Shown here piece after piece: positions 62,348 to 64,000 of a DNA stretch of 64,000 bases. The number at the start of each line of letters is the position of its first letter. Position 1 is the first letter of the stretch. Made by a program: the position numbers and the translations under genes. The notes under the pieces are model-generated. The model was not told the DNA's origin. It was given only the letters and a program-made list of their open reading frames with translations, and did no database searches. Source of the DNA: an uncultured delta proteobacterium (lineage in GTDB: Bacteria; Desulfobacterota; Desulfuromonadia; Geobacterales; DSM-12255); NCBI GenBank assembly GCA_963787125.1, contig CAWBBV010000011.1:224001-288000 (forward strand). Direction: 5' to 3'.

Positions 62348-62705
62348 AATATTGGCTGTGATTGGCGATGACCAGAACGGGCGCAAACTGCTGCTGGAGG
62401 TGATTACCAAAGCTGGAGACTATGTCCGGGCGGTAACGGTTATGGAGTCAACGCTGCTTGTAACCAAGGCAACCGGCGAAGAGCTGCGTGAAATGTCGAC
62501 ACTGCTGGATCGCAACCGCAGTCTAGCCCATGACGCGCTGATCGACAGCCTGAATATCTCATCCCGCTATCTTGCCAAAAACTTTCCCGCAGCCCCTGCC
62601 GGCGGCATTTACCCGGAACCATCACATCTGCTTGACCGCAACCGCCGCGCTATCGGCCACTGGGCAGGACAGCTGGTGAACGAACTCTTTACTGAACGCC
62701 GTTAG
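62328..62705 (+). CDS. DUF3232-like helical protein
   Basis: DYVRAV..ME, LDRNRSLAHDALI, NRRAIGHWAGQLV; overlaps the upstream stop. Confidence 0.65.
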   Translation: MKARISEILAVIGDDQNGRKLLLEVITKAGDYVRAVTVMESTLLVTKATGEELREMSTLLDRNRSLAHDALIDSLNISSRYLAKNFPAAPAGGIYPEPSHLLDRNRRAIGHWAGQLVNELFTERR

Positions 62706-62827
62706 CGTTTTTTCTGCCGCTCCGACTGCAGCAGGAAACCTTTTCGCAACATTTCTTAACATCACGCCAACTCAAAATTATTTTATCGTTTCTCTGACGG
62801 ATACTAATTTTCCAAACGGAGATAACG

Positions 62828-63568
62828 ATGACAAATTTCAAGCTGCTGACTGTTGCTGCCCTGTTACTAACCTCAACCCTTAATTTTTCCGGCTGTGCAG
62901 CCATATCGAACAGAAATCTCGACGTACAGGCAAAAATGAGCGAATCGATTTTTCTCAACCCGGAAATTCTTGAGGCGGGCAAATCGATTTATGTGCGAGT
63001 TACCAATACTTCAGACTTTCAGGAGATTAATTTCAGCCAGCTCCTTAAAGATAAAATCACTGCTACCGGACGGAAATTGACATTGAATCCGAAGGAGGCC
63101 GGTTATCTTCTCCAGGCCAATCTCCTCTATCTTGGCGAGCAGAAAAAAGATATGTCCATGGAAGGCGCAGTAGCTGGCGGAGTCGGCGGCTTACTCGCCG
63201 GTGCCGCAATTGCAGACTCCTCAGGACTAAACAGCTATGGCAGCGGCTTGACTGGTCTGGCTCTTGGAGTGGCCGGCGCAGGCATTAGCGCATTGGCCGG
63301 TTCACTCGTTCATGTTGACAGTTATGTGGGTCTTGTTGACGTTTCCATTAAAGAAGCTGTCGAAGGCGGCGTTAGCGGCACTGAAGTCTCCAATATCAGC
63401 CAAGGCTCCTCAAACAATGTCCATACAGAGCGTGCAGTCAAGGATAGCCGCCAGGAGTTTAGAACCCGGATTGGTGTTAAAGCTATTCAGACGAATATTA
63501 ACCGGGAAGAAGCAACCAAAACTATCGCAGAGCGACTTGCCACCCAGATTGTCGGTTATTTCAAGTAG
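62828..63568 (+). CDS. traT: TraT family complement-resistance/surface-exclusion lipoprotein
   Basis: Lipobox FSGC, KMSESIFLNP, YVRVTNTSD, YLLQANLL, Gly-zipper hairpin. Confidence 0.82.
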   Translation: MTNFKLLTVAALLLTSTLNFSGCAAISNRNLDVQAKMSESIFLNPEILEAGKSIYVRVTNTSDFQEINFSQLLKDKITATGRKLTLNPKEAGYLLQANLLYLGEQKKDMSMEGAVAGGVGGLLAGAAIADSSGLNSYGSGLTGLALGVAGAGISALAGSLVHVDSYVGLVDVSIKEAVEGGVSGTEVSNISQGSSNNVHTERAVKDSRQEFRTRIGVKAIQTNINREEATKTIAERLATQIVGYFK

Positions 63569-63588
63569 GATCTGAAAGGAGAATAGCG

Positions 63589-63858
63589 ATGCCCCCTGAA
63601 CGCCTGCAAAAACCGTGGTTCTTGGTTCCACTCTGTATCTTCTCTCTAACAGTCGGACTGATGCTGCTTTCGTATCTCGTCTTCCCTGAGATATCCCCGA
63701 GAGCGCATCAGAATCTGGTCGAGCGAAATCTTGCACCTCTGGCAGGGTTCTTTGGGCTGCTCTGCGTGCTGCTGCCGGTTGGCATGCTCTTCTGGGCGAC
63801 ACGAAAAGAAAATGAAAAAGCAGAGGGGTCGACGGAAGATGATGAGAGTTTCTATTAA
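63589..63858 (+). CDS. Small two-TM hypothetical protein
   Basis: AAGGAG SD, two hydrophobic segments, acidic tail. Confidence 0.6.
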   Translation: MPPERLQKPWFLVPLCIFSLTVGLMLLSYLVFPEISPRAHQNLVERNLAPLAGFFGLLCVLLPVGMLFWATRKENEKAEGSTEDDESFY

Positions 63859-64000
63859 AAAACGACTGCCAAAAATACACTGCCTGGAAAGAACCTGTCA
63901 AACGAACTCCAGGCCCTGAATAATTTCAATAGCGAGTCGATCTGTTGTAGCAGCAGGATAGTGTCAAAAGTTTCATGAAAAGCCGGGATATTGAAATGGA

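Noticed and set aside
54100..64000. Integrase, transposase or att repeats bounding the island
   Set aside because: None were seen in this window. The island call rests on gene content and composition only, and the right boundary may lie beyond the window.

Overview
Chromosomal window from a Geobacteraceae-like (Desulfuromonadota) bacterium; the taxonomy is inferred from gene content and order. Bases 1-54 kb are mostly housekeeping: an RhlB-like helicase, pckG, a hya-type [NiFe]-hydrogenase operon, trmFO/maf/yggS, the full dcw cluster (mraZ to ftsZ), ispE-tRNA-Gln-prs-rplY-pth-ychF, a MoxR ATPase pair, rnpB, tRNA-Ile2, priA and an M16 peptidase. pckG, ispE and prs each carry a single extra base, most likely assembly error. 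From about 54.1 kb to the end there is an accessory, defence-like island. It holds a candidate ~100-nt sRNA with an anti-Shine-Dalgarno loop, an orphan CARF (NE0113-type) gene, a VapBC-like pair, and a tightly coupled four-gene operon followed by a lone traT. That operon (TIR-STAND-TPR-SEC-C sensor, SLOG + 4-TM SLATT-like effector, DUF4145/HEPN-like-TPR protein, DUF3232-like protein) is the best candidate for an undescribed nucleotide-signalling anti-phage system. Smaller oddities are a palindromic repeat translated in-frame inside murG, two probable CTG start codons, and an EVE gene inside the dcw operon. All family assignments come from recognising motifs by eye; no searches were run.
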